In this document: positions 16,080-24,187 of the stretch, piece by piece
Layout: each line of letters opens with the position of its first letter
Numbering within the stretch: the first letter of the stretch is position 1
Position numbers and translations under genes: made by a program
Assembly (NCBI RefSeq): GCF_000332055.1
Contig: NZ_ALVZ01000225.1
Location: forward strand, 15,173-47,172
DNA length: 32,000 bases
Origin: Xenococcus sp. PCC 7305
GTDB taxonomy: Bacteria > Cyanobacteriota > Cyanobacteriia > Cyanobacteriales > Xenococcaceae
Reading direction: 5' to 3'
Notes under the pieces: model-generated
The model's input: only the letters and a program-made list of their open reading frames with translations
What the model was told of the DNA's origin: nothing
The model's database searches: none

Positions 16080-16508
16080 ATGTGTTTTTGCGATAACATC
16101 CCAGACTACTACAAATCAACCAAAAGAAAAGCGAGGAAAACTCATGTTTGCGATGAGTGCAGTCAGCCAATAAAAAAGGGGACTCATTACTTTGTTGATC
16201 GCGGAGTAATAGATGGTGAATGGTACGGGAGTAAAAGGTGTCTTGAATGCGACGATCTTTACCATTTTTTGCTAGATAGGCTTGATTGTTTTTGCCCAAA
16301 CCTTGGCGAGCTAATGGAAGAAATAAGGGACTCGGACATTCAAAACGAAGATTACTTAATTCCTCTATTTTTAAACGAGCAGGGAATTTTGCAGGAGATG
16401 GACACTTCGGTCGAGGAAAGCAGCAAAGAATATGATGAATATCGGCATGATGCTTTTTTCGCTAGTCATTTTCGCTTGAAGGAAGCTTTTGTGAAGGAGG
16501 CTGCGTGA
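16080..16508 (+). CDS. Cys-rich (zinc-ribbon-like) hypothetical protein
   Basis: GGAGGG lies 4 nt upstream of the ATG at 16080, so the track's TTG at 16053 is less likely. CDEC...CLEC cysteine pairs are present. Confidence 0.5.
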   Translation: MCFCDNIPDYYKSTKRKARKTHVCDECSQPIKKGTHYFVDRGVIDGEWYGSKRCLECDDLYHFLLDRLDCFCPNLGELMEEIRDSDIQNEDYLIPLFLNEQGILQEMDTSVEESSKEYDEYRHDAFFASHFRLKEAFVKEAA

Positions 16509-17482
16509 AACTGACCATACCAAGTAAGGCTCCGATCGCAGTTGTAGGTTTTGCTGGAGGAGGCGGAGTGGAATGCGGGCTTCTAGCCGCAGGAATTCGT
16601 CCAGCTCTTTCTATCGAGTTCAACCCCCAAGATCCTAAGCTCTCAAGCGCGATCGCAGACTGTCATGAAGCCAATTTTAGTGAGTATGGCAAGCTCTTGA
16701 GAATGACCGTTGAGGATTGGACAAGCCAAGACTTTCCTGATTGCCCCGATCGCGTAGACGTAGCTCATTTTAGCCCCATGTGTTCTAATTTTTCTGTGGC
16801 TTCTCACGGGAAAGAAAGCGAAGAAGATATCGAAGCTGCTAAAGCGATCGCCGCTTTCATTGAAGCTAAGCAGCCTAGCTACTTCAGTTTAGAGAATGTC
16901 GTGGGCTACAAAAAATCTCAGTCCAGCTCTTATATTATTGCCAAGCTTGAAGCTTGTGGCTATTCCTTTGTCGAGACGGTTTTAGACTTTGCTGATTATG
17001 GAGTGTGCCAGTCGCGATCGCGCTATTTCATTATTGCTAGTAAACAATCTTTTGAATTTGACTTACCTAAGCAGCCGCGACAAGGGTGGCTAGAGGTTAT
17101 CGGAGACTTGCTCGAAGGGCTGCCTCTTAACGAGCTAACCAAGAACCAACAAGCCGCGATCGCAAAATACCAAGGCGATTTACCTTGTTTGCTACCACGG
17201 GTCGGCTATAGCAAATTACCTCGAATAAGACCTCCAGATAGAGTTGCGCCGACTATCACTAAATCGCTTTTTGTTGACGACAAGGGCTGTAGCCGCAATA
17301 AAGTTTGGAATATTTGGGACGGCAATAAATTAAGTCAAGTAGACATTGAATGCTTTCGTCGCTTGGCGACCTTCCCCGACTGGTATCAGTTCCCAAAAAA
17401 AATGGCTGTAGCAGGTTCAATCCTTGGTTACGCAGTCCCCCCAACAATCATCGAGCAGATCTACAGGAGGATTATGTTTTGA
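16505..17482 (+). CDS. DNA (cytosine-5) methyltransferase, orphan
   Basis: Motif I VVGFAGGGGVECG, motif IV HFSPMCSNFS, motif VI SLENV, motif VIII QSRSRYFIIA and motif X GYAVPP. The GTG start follows AAGGAGG and overlaps the previous stop (GTGA). Confidence 0.85.
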   Translation: MKLTIPSKAPIAVVGFAGGGGVECGLLAAGIRPALSIEFNPQDPKLSSAIADCHEANFSEYGKLLRMTVEDWTSQDFPDCPDRVDVAHFSPMCSNFSVASHGKESEEDIEAAKAIAAFIEAKQPSYFSLENVVGYKKSQSSSYIIAKLEACGYSFVETVLDFADYGVCQSRSRYFIIASKQSFEFDLPKQPRQGWLEVIGDLLEGLPLNELTKNQQAAIAKYQGDLPCLLPRVGYSKLPRIRPPDRVAPTITKSLFVDDKGCSRNKVWNIWDGNKLSQVDIECFRRLATFPDWYQFPKKMAVAGSILGYAVPPTIIEQIYRRIMF

Positions 17483-19260
17483 AAATTTTAACCGAAAAAA
17501 AATTAGCCTATTTTGATTTGGCCGATATCTTTTTATATGCCACCGCAGAACTTCAGAGGATTTGTAATTGCTTGTTACCTAAAAACCCTAAACAGGCCAA
17601 AAAGGTTATCCAAGGAATTGCCGAGATTACCGATAGGCTTGAGTTTTGGACGTTTATCGATTCTCCTACTCTTTTAGGTAATTACTTAATTAGTAACCAA
17701 GGCAAATGCTATTTTTTAGACGAACAAAGACTTTTGTATCAATGGGCTAAGCCTGCCCCCGATCATTACGTTTTGCCCTGCGTAAACCCCAAAACAGAAG
17801 CTGTTGAACTTAAGGAGGTTCCCACTCAAAGGTTAATTTTTTTCCAGTTTGGGGAAGCCGTAACCGAGGCAGATAAAAAAAAGTTTTTTGATGTTCCTTT
17901 GTTGCTTAAACCAGGGGCAAAGAAAAACTCTTTTGTCTGTAGCGATTTGTACTTGCCAAAAAGAAAAAGAGGGAAGAAGAAGCAGCTACCTCCAATTAAA
18001 CTTTCTAAGGGAATTAAGTTTGCCGATCCAAGCGATCGCGAATTTTTGTTAAACGGAATGCCCATTCGCAGTGACTTGAGGAAGATGATTTTTGGGATTT
18101 TAACCTCCAACCCAGAGGAAACTTGGACGAGGCTCAAATATCCTCAAACCTCTTGTCATCTTATTAGCGATCGCGGGAGCTGCTTGTCTTTAGCGACAGC
18201 CAAGCTAAAGATGCCTAGGGTCAACGCGAGAGGGCAGTTTCGCCTTACGTTTGCTTTACGCAATCCTAAGACCAAAAAGAAAACTAATCTAGGCGGTTCA
18301 GTTGCCAAACTTGTTTTTATTAGCTTTAACAAGATTCCTATTAGAGTTAGTGAGGTTTGCCAGAACTATAAGGTTTTGGCTATTGATGGAGCCAAGGATA
18401 ATTTCAATCTTGAAGAGTTGGTCTTGGTTAAGTCTCCGTCTAAAGAGACTCAGATAAGCTTAAACCAAGTGCGTAAAATTCGAGCAAGTCTAGCTTCTTT
18501 TTCGGGAAAAGAGTTAACTGAAAAAGTTAAGGCGATCGCGCTTGAGTATGGTTTTGACTATCAAAAAATTCAAGACATTAACAAGCATCGCCTTTGGAAA
18601 GAGATTCCGTGTCAGAGATTAAATCCCTGTTTTAGCTTGTTGAATTCGGTTAAGTTTCTTTACCCAAGCGATCGCGAGTTCTTTTTAGAAAATATGCCCG
18701 ACTCAGAAGAGAAAAGGCTTGAATTTGCCCAGCTTTTAAGTTCAATCCCTGGAGAGACTTGGACTAGAGTGAGGTTCCCTCAAGGCACCTCGCGGCATCT
18801 AGTTAGCGATCTTGGACGTTGCTTGTCGGTTATAACCCCAAGGTTTTTATCTTTTCGCTACTATTCGAGCACCTATAACTATGGTTTGACTTTTGTCGAT
18901 CCTGAAACCAAGAAATGCTTTTCTCGCAGCTGCTCAGGGCAAAGGTTGGTCATGTTCAGCTTTAAAGACATTCCCCAGGAAATCATTTCTAATCCCGATC
19001 AATATCGAGTGGTTCCCAGGGATGGAGACAAGAAAAACTTCAAGCTAAAAGATTTAAGAATAGTTCAAGCTATTCCCCATAAAAGCCCCCTTAGCTTAGA
19101 CATTGTCCGAGAAATCCGTTTTCAATTTGCTCAGTTGGCCGGCGCAAGTTCTGATGAAATCACAGCCAAGATCAAGGCTTTCTCTGAGCAGTACAGGGCT
19201 AAATATTCTGAAATTAGAGACATTAAGGAGGATGCGGCATGGATAGAGACCAATTACTAA
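17479..19260 (+). CDS. tandem-duplicated NUMOD4/HNH_3-like/HTH protein, catalytic His apparently lost in both copies
   Basis: The TTG at 17479 is 7 nt after AGGAGG and overlaps the methyltransferase stop. There are two about 190-aa repeats (PSDREFLLNGMP...EETWTRLKYPQTSCHLISDRGSCLSL...KVLAIDGAKDNFNLEEL...ISLNQVRKIR and PSDREFFLENMP...GETWTRVRFPQGTSRHLVSDLGRCLSV...RVVPRDGDKKNFKLKDL...LSLDIVREIR). Confidence 0.6.
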   Translation: MKILTEKKLAYFDLADIFLYATAELQRICNCLLPKNPKQAKKVIQGIAEITDRLEFWTFIDSPTLLGNYLISNQGKCYFLDEQRLLYQWAKPAPDHYVLPCVNPKTEAVELKEVPTQRLIFFQFGEAVTEADKKKFFDVPLLLKPGAKKNSFVCSDLYLPKRKRGKKKQLPPIKLSKGIKFADPSDREFLLNGMPIRSDLRKMIFGILTSNPEETWTRLKYPQTSCHLISDRGSCLSLATAKLKMPRVNARGQFRLTFALRNPKTKKKTNLGGSVAKLVFISFNKIPIRVSEVCQNYKVLAIDGAKDNFNLEELVLVKSPSKETQISLNQVRKIRASLASFSGKELTEKVKAIALEYGFDYQKIQDINKHRLWKEIPCQRLNPCFSLLNSVKFLYPSDREFFLENMPDSEEKRLEFAQLLSSIPGETWTRVRFPQGTSRHLVSDLGRCLSVITPRFLSFRYYSSTYNYGLTFVDPETKKCFSRSCSGQRLVMFSFKDIPQEIISNPDQYRVVPRDGDKKNFKLKDLRIVQAIPHKSPLSLDIVREIRFQFAQLAGASSDEITAKIKAFSEQYRAKYSEIRDIKEDAAWIETNY

Positions 19261-19580
19261 AAGCCAAGAAAGGATTATCGGCCTTGCTTGATAGATGGGA
19301 AGTAGTTGACGACAAAAACGAGCAAATAAGAATCCAGAACAAATGGAATGAGCTTGTTATTGAAAGCTTTCCGTTGAACTCAGCTTTTTATCTGGGGAAC
19401 CTCTCGGTTACGGTGCTTGGGATGATTAATACCAAGGCCTATGGAGGCCAGTTCTTACTCCCTTTCGTCTCGGCAAACGGGCGATCGCGCCTAGCTGATC
19501 CTTTTGCTTTGGATCTTCCTGTTACCGAGCAGCTTTCTTTAATCCCAGCCTACCTAAATAAGGAGCCTAAAGATGTCTAG
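19239..19580 (+). CDS. hypothetical protein (113 aa)
   Basis: The ATG overlaps the previous gene by 22 nt within the same operon. Confidence 0.45.
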   Translation: MDRDQLLKAKKGLSALLDRWEVVDDKNEQIRIQNKWNELVIESFPLNSAFYLGNLSVTVLGMINTKAYGGQFLLPFVSANGRSRLADPFALDLPVTEQLSLIPAYLNKEPKDV

Positions 19581-19691
19581 TTATCAAGATCGACTCAAAA
19601 AGGCTGCCAAGATGCGATCGCAAGGACTAAAAATCGGCTTGTTTCAGAGAAAGGGCTTAAAGCGGCGGACAAAAAAGAGTTAGAGAAAAAG

Positions 19692-20255
19692 TTGAGCCTG
19701 CTCAAAAGAAAACTACCAGCACTAGAGTTTCTTGCGATCGCAAAAGTTGGAGATTTTGTTACTACTCCCAGTAGAGGAAAAATTGGCAAACTGATTCAGC
19801 TTGAAGACAAGCCCAATGGATCAACAGTTGCTCAAGTACTATGGGAAAATTCTTTTTCGACCGAAGCTTGCTGTCCTTCGGTCTTGCAGCGAATCGAGCC
19901 GGAGCTTTTAGATTGCCAATGGGTAGAAGGAAAAGGGTTTGTCCGTCCTTTTGATAAGAAAGCTTGCTACGACCTCAAGGAGTTGTGGGGTTTTACTAGA
20001 ACCTTGTGGGAAGAGCCTCAAAAGAAATGGGCTTGCGATCGCTATAATGCGATCGCCTCTGTTTGGTTTCGAGAACAAAATTTAGTGGAAAAAGAAGATC
20101 GTCGATACGCGATCGCGAATATCTTTCGTGGTTCTGGTCTGACCACCTTGGCTTGCTATTTGGTTAAGGATAAAGCGGTGACTTCCTTTTTCTATCCTCA
20201 CGAAGTTAAGCGAGTCAGCGTTGCCGAACAGATTAGATTTTTGACAAATTTTTGA
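19692..20255 (+). CDS. hypothetical protein (187 aa); true 5' end uncertain, stop codon supplied by the IS end
   Basis: The frame is open upstream to 19578 without a start codon. TGA at 20253-20255 lies inside the TTGAC terminus of the adjacent TnpB element. Confidence 0.5.
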   Translation: MSLLKRKLPALEFLAIAKVGDFVTTPSRGKIGKLIQLEDKPNGSTVAQVLWENSFSTEACCPSVLQRIEPELLDCQWVEGKGFVRPFDKKACYDLKELWGFTRTLWEEPQKKWACDRYNAIASVWFREQNLVEKEDRRYAIANIFRGSGLTTLACYLVKDKAVTSFFYPHEVKRVSVAEQIRFLTNF

Positions 20256-20291
20256 CCTACTCCCACGGCTGAAGCACGTGGGATTCGAGGC

Positions 20292-21413
20292 TCATGCAGA
20301 GATTGCAGCAGATAGCTGACTGACATCTCCTACCCTCAGAGTTGAAGCCCCAACTCTTAAAATGTTGACCGCTGCATTAGTATCACGCCCGTGCTTACAA
20401 CTACATGATGGGCAAGCCCAATAACGTTCAGCTAAAGACAATTCATCCAAAACATAGTCACAGCTAGAGCAAGTTTTAGATGATGGATACCATCGATCAA
20501 TATAACTAACAATCTTTCCTTTCTTTTGGGCAACAAACTCTAGTATTTTGAGAAACTCGCTAAAGGCCAAATCTCCTATCTTGCGCCCCCAGAGCCTTTG
20601 CATTCCTTTGAGGTTAAGAGTTTCAAAATAAAGATAATCATAGCCATCGGTTAACTGATGAGCTAATTTCCAGAACCAATCGCTTCGGCGGTTGGTTACC
20701 TTCTCATGAACTCTGACTAAATTTTTTCTAGCTTTTTCCCTTGAGTTTGAGCGTTTTTGCTTCCGAGAAAAATCACGGCTGGCTAACTTTAATCGCTTTA
20801 AAGACTGCTTAAGGAATAGAGGTGAATCAATGTCATTGCCATCAGAGCAAGTTAAAAATGTTTTTAACCCAAAATCAAAACCCGCGCTTTTACCCGTCAT
20901 GGAAGTGATTTGATAATCAACATGATCTGTTACTACAAAGATGAACAACTCCCCTAGGGGATTTCTTTTAATAGTTACAGTTTTAACTTTCCCTTGGATT
21001 TCTCTACTTTTCCAATAGCGATAAATTTTGTTGCCAATTTTAAGTTGATTGTTATCTAGAAATTTATACCCTGCTTGTTTAAGAGTGAATGACTTATATT
21101 TAATCCTCTTCCTAAAATTAGGTGGCCTGACTCCTTTTTTATGATGCTTGAAAAATAACTGATAAGCTCTATCGATTCGCTGCGCAATATCTTGGACAGC
21201 TTGAGAACCTACTAATTGCCAGTACTCATTTTTTCTCCTGAGTTTAGCAATATGCTTCATTAACCTATTTTTGTTTAAGTGCTTACCAAACATAGAATAA
21301 TAACGCTTATGCAAAGCTATGCAGTGGTTATAAATATTTCCTGCTGCATTAATTGAGCGATGCAAATGCTTATTTTTCTTATGCTGGTATAACTTAAATT
21401 TGTAGGTCTCCAT
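20292..21413 (-). CDS. tnpB: TnpB RNA-guided nuclease (373 aa), catalytic residues present
   Basis: METYKFKLYQHKKNKHL. RuvC-I AGFDFGLKTFLT, RuvC-II YLYFETLNLKGM, zinc ribbon CSSC...CPSC and RuvC-III GRDTNAAVNI are present. Confidence 0.9.
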   Translation of the reverse strand: METYKFKLYQHKKNKHLHRSINAAGNIYNHCIALHKRYYSMFGKHLNKNRLMKHIAKLRRKNEYWQLVGSQAVQDIAQRIDRAYQLFFKHHKKGVRPPNFRKRIKYKSFTLKQAGYKFLDNNQLKIGNKIYRYWKSREIQGKVKTVTIKRNPLGELFIFVVTDHVDYQITSMTGKSAGFDFGLKTFLTCSDGNDIDSPLFLKQSLKRLKLASRDFSRKQKRSNSREKARKNLVRVHEKVTNRRSDWFWKLAHQLTDGYDYLYFETLNLKGMQRLWGRKIGDLAFSEFLKILEFVAQKKGKIVSYIDRWYPSSKTCSSCDYVLDELSLAERYWACPSCSCKHGRDTNAAVNILRVGASTLRVGDVSQLSAAISA

Positions 21414-21455
21414 GTGTCTATGATAGCATAATCATAAACACAAATCAAATTATAA

Positions 21456-21854
21456 ATGGCGCAAAAATATCGACACAAAATTACTTCTGTGACTTTAATT
21501 AATTATCATTTTGTTTGGTGTCCAAGAAGACGAAAAAAAGTGTTAAAGGGGTTAGTTGCTGAACGACTGAAGCAATTAATAATTGAGGCTTGCCAAGAAA
21601 TTGATGTGACAGTATTAGCAATGGAAGTTATGAGCGATCATGTTCATGCTTTCTTAAATTGCCCTCCAACCCTTGCACCTTACCAAGTCATGCATAAAGT
21701 TAAGGGTTACACTGCCAGATACTTAAGACGAGAATTCAAAGAGCTACTTAAGCTTCCTTCAATGTGGACTAGAAGTTATTTTTGCTCTACTGCTGGGAAT
21801 GTTTCATCTAGTACTATTGAGAAATATATCGCTCAACAAAAAACCCGTGGCTAG
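21456..21854 (+). CDS. tnpA: IS200/IS605 Y1 (HUH) transposase TnpA, 132 aa
   Basis: YHFVWCPRRRKKVL, the HUH motif SDHVHAFL, KVKGYTARYLRREF and a C-terminal catalytic-Tyr helix STIEKYIAQQ. The gene is divergent from tnpB with a 42-nt gap. Confidence 0.9.
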   Translation: MAQKYRHKITSVTLINYHFVWCPRRRKKVLKGLVAERLKQLIIEACQEIDVTVLAMEVMSDHVHAFLNCPPTLAPYQVMHKVKGYTARYLRREFKELLKLPSMWTRSYFCSTAGNVSSSTIEKYIAQQKTRG

Positions 21855-22080
21855 AATATTTCATCCCACGGCTAAAGCACGTGGGCTTTCCTTTGCTGTA
21901 AACGGTAAGTGCGATCGCTCTAGGCAAGTGAATGCTCAATAACCAACCAAGTAGCTTGAGGATTAAATCCATTTCCTGCCAAGTCAGCAGCCTCAAACCC
22001 ATGCTCAGTCATAGTTTAAGCTAATTTTTTTGAGCGAAAGTCAGCACCTTTTATAATTGATTTGACGCTCGGCATTGCAA

Positions 22081-22287
22081 CTAGTTCAAATAGCCCAAAA
22101 TAGGCTGGCTGAAAATATTAATCAAAACTCCGATCGCGATCGTGGCCAATAACCACTGTGCAGATTGTAATGTTTTATCAATACTGCTTATTTTTTGTTC
22201 GATTACGGCTAACCTTTCTGAGTTCTTGATTAGCTGCTGAAGCATAGCTCCTTCGTAATTTAGTTTTTGCTCTTGCTCTGTCATCAT
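22081..22287 (-). CDS. small coiled-coil protein with C-terminal transmembrane helix (XhlA/holin-like)
   Basis: LAVIEQKISSIDKTLQSAQWLLATIAIGVLINIF has a coiled coil followed by a hydrophobic helix. It lies downstream of an XRE gene. Confidence 0.4.
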   Translation of the reverse strand: MMTEQEQKLNYEGAMLQQLIKNSERLAVIEQKISSIDKTLQSAQWLLATIAIGVLINIFSQPILGYLN

Positions 22288-22335
22288 AAATCCTCTATTT
22301 TAAAAATTCTCTATAGGATTATTTTTTCGGTGGGG

Positions 22336-22575
22336 CTATTCGTCGCGATCTGGCACCAAGCTTTTCCCTAATGCTTTTTCCATTCCCCTTAATGTTTCAA
22401 CTGGCAAGTCTCTCACTTTTTCATTTTCGATGCGATTCCAGTGACTGTAGCTAATACCTGCATTTGCAGCTAATTCAGTCATACTTTTCCCTGATTTCTT
22501 GCGAAACTCTCTAATCTTTTCTCCCAAACCAGGATAGTTTTTACTGAAGACGACTCTCATCAAAAGTGAATCCAT
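22336..22575 (-). CDS. XRE-family HTH regulator (79 aa or shorter)
   Basis: IREFRKKSGKSMTELAANAGISYSHWNRIENEK is a canonical HTH_XRE core. Confidence 0.75.
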   Translation of the reverse strand: MDSLLMRVVFSKNYPGLGEKIREFRKKSGKSMTELAANAGISYSHWNRIENEKVRDLPVETLRGMEKALGKSLVPDRDE

Positions 22576-22749
22576 AAGTGTTACTCCTTAAGTTTGTCTT
22601 ATGTAGTTGCCTTTTATTATAGCTTCTTAAGCGTCGCTTGCAAAGTGTCTCTTGATAAGATACAATATTTTTATAACAAAAGCGACCTCATTTCTTTGGA
22701 CGGAGCTGAGATCGCCTTTGCTGTAAACAAAATTATTGTTATACCCATC

Positions 22750-22944
22750 ATGACACAGCAACTACTCGAAGCTCAAGTAGCTTCATCAGAATTTGACGAG
22801 CGACCCCGCGCCGCCGACAGGCGTTTATCCTCGAATGGGGACAAGGGAACCCCCATTCGAGGACAAGCGCGCGAGTTTGATGCACTAGCATTCGAAATCA
22901 AGCATTTTGAAGATTATCAAAGATTAAACACTCCCTACTACGAA
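22750..22944 (+). pseudogene. N-terminal half of a gene split by a TnpB element
   Basis: The ATG is at 22750 (MTQQLLEAQ...RLNTPYYE). The next 7 codons and the stop come from the IS end. The paralogue at the window end reads ...PYYEILSDYDYND without interruption. Confidence 0.7.
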
Positions 22945-24187
22945 TTGACATACTCCCCGCCCTAAAGGTGCGGAGATTCTGGGATCAAGCAGCAATTGCG
23001 CCCAAAGAGCGTCTTACATCGCCTAGCCCAAGAGAAGATGCCCCTTCTCTTTTAATGTTCTTAGCTGCATTCAAATCTCGATCCAACTTGGAGCCACAAC
23101 CAGGACAATCCCAAACCCTATCTTTGAGAGTTAATTCTTTATTGTGATATCCACAATCAAAACAAGTTTTGGAGCTGGGATAAAACCGATCAATAAAATG
23201 TATTGTCTTTCCTTTATTCCTAGCTACTGTTTCCAGGATTTCTAAAAAAGTTGAGAAAGATAAATCACTGACTTTTCTCCCCCACAACTTTTTCATTCCT
23301 CTAAGATTTAAATCTTCAAAAATTAGCACATCATAATCATTTGTCAATTTATGGGCTAACTTCCAAAACCAATCTCTACGTTTATTGGAAATTCGCTCAA
23401 ATACTCGATTGAGATTGTCTTTGGCCTTGTACCAATTATTAGAACCTTTTTTCTTCTTAGAAAGATTTCTGCTAGCAGCTTTCAACAAATGTCTAAACTC
23501 ATTAAAAAACAAAGGAGATTTGATAGTTGTTAAGTCACTTGCAGTTAAAAATGTTTTTAACCCAAAATCGAAGCCTGCAATTTTACCTGTCACGACTCCG
23601 AAAGATTCATCTTTATAGCCAGTTACCACTAAGATAAATAACTCACCAAGATGATTGCGCTTAACCGTCAGCGTTTTAATCTTTCCTTTTATTTCTCTAC
23701 TTTTCGAAAATTTATAAATTTTATTCCCTATCCGAATTTTGTTGTCTTCTAAGAACCTGTATCCTGCTTGCTTTAGAGTGAATGATTTATATTTTCTGGT
23801 CTTTTTGAAGTTAGGGGGTCTTGTCCCTGACTTGCATTGCTTAAAAAATAATTTATAGGCTTTATCGATTCTTTGACAAATATCTTGTACTGCTTGGGAG
23901 CCAACTTGCTGCCAATATTTTATTCGTCTTCTAAGCTTAGCAATATGCTTCATGAGCCTGTACATGTTCAAGTGCTTACCAAAGATTTTGTAGTATCTTT
24001 TATGCAAGGCAATACAATGATTGTAGATACTTCCACTAGCATTGATTTGCCAATTCAGGTATCTATTCTTCTTTGACTTGTATAGCTTGAACTTGTACGT
24101 TTTCATGAGAATATTTTATCATGAATTACTTGATTAGTACTAAAGAATTACGCCCTGAAGGGCGGGGCTTTAAACCCATGATTTTAG
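22945..24187 (-). mobile_element. tnpB-only IS200/IS605-type element inserted in a coding sequence
   Basis: RE is TTGACATACTCCCCGCCCTAAAGGTGCGGAGATTC at 22945 onward. LE is TTACGCCCTGAAGGGCGGGGCTTTAAACCCATGATTTTAG(G), ending at about 24187. GTAA (TTAC on the element strand) lies at 24188-24191. Boundaries are supported by the empty paralogous site. Confidence 0.75.
22985..24106 (-). CDS. tnpB: TnpB RNA-guided nuclease (373 aa), close paralogue of 20292-21413
   Basis: MKTYKFKLYKSKKNRYL. RuvC-I AGFDFGLKTFLT, RuvC-II VLIFEDLNLRGM, zinc ribbon CFDC...CPGC and RuvC-III DRDLNAAKNI are present. Confidence 0.9.
   Translation of the reverse strand: MKTYKFKLYKSKKNRYLNWQINASGSIYNHCIALHKRYYKIFGKHLNMYRLMKHIAKLRRRIKYWQQVGSQAVQDICQRIDKAYKLFFKQCKSGTRPPNFKKTRKYKSFTLKQAGYRFLEDNKIRIGNKIYKFSKSREIKGKIKTLTVKRNHLGELFILVVTGYKDESFGVVTGKIAGFDFGLKTFLTASDLTTIKSPLFFNEFRHLLKAASRNLSKKKKGSNNWYKAKDNLNRVFERISNKRRDWFWKLAHKLTNDYDVLIFEDLNLRGMKKLWGRKVSDLSFSTFLEILETVARNKGKTIHFIDRFYPSSKTCFDCGYHNKELTLKDRVWDCPGCGSKLDRDLNAAKNIKREGASSLGLGDVRRSLGAIAA

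Larger units (their letters stand above)
20252..21904 (-). mobile_element. complete IS605-type element (tnpB and divergent tnpA) with matching subterminal hairpins
   Basis: RE hairpin TCCCACG-GCTGAAGCA-CGTGGGA at 20261-20283 and LE hairpin CCCACG-GCTAAAGCA-CGTGGG at 21865-21885, both in direct orientation. The RE terminus is TTGACCTACTC. GTAA (= TTAC on the element strand) flanks the LE at 21905-21908. Confidence 0.75.

Noticed and set aside
17350-17478. The upstream extension of the 636-aa track ORF into the methyltransferase gene
   Set aside because: This part overlaps the MTase C-terminus, including motif X, in another frame. AGGAGG followed by TTG at 17479 gives a coupled start.
16505-19260. 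The methyltransferase plus HNH-like gene as a type II restriction-modification system
   Set aside because: The HNH-like protein appears to lack the catalytic His in both repeats. It has homing-endonuclease-type DNA-binding modules rather than a restriction-enzyme fold. No other nuclease is adjacent.
21890-21903. The 14-mer CCTTTGCTGTAAAC shared with 22715-22728, as a possible relic IS left end
   Set aside because: Flanking similarity is weak. For a 32-kb AT-biased window roughly one exact 14-mer coincidence is expected by chance, so it is not convincing without further copies.
22829-22862. The 12-bp hairpin as a tRNA fragment or att site
   Set aside because: There is no cloverleaf, no T-loop consensus (GTTCGAATC), no acceptor or CCA context, and no integrase in the window. 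It is kept only as an unexplained palindrome.
22594-22965. The track ORF of 123 aa taken as one intact gene
   Set aside because: Its first 52 codons (TTG start) cover the A/T-rich divergent promoter region. Its last 7 codons and stop are the right end of the TnpB element. The real gene starts at ATG 22750 and is interrupted at 22944/22945.
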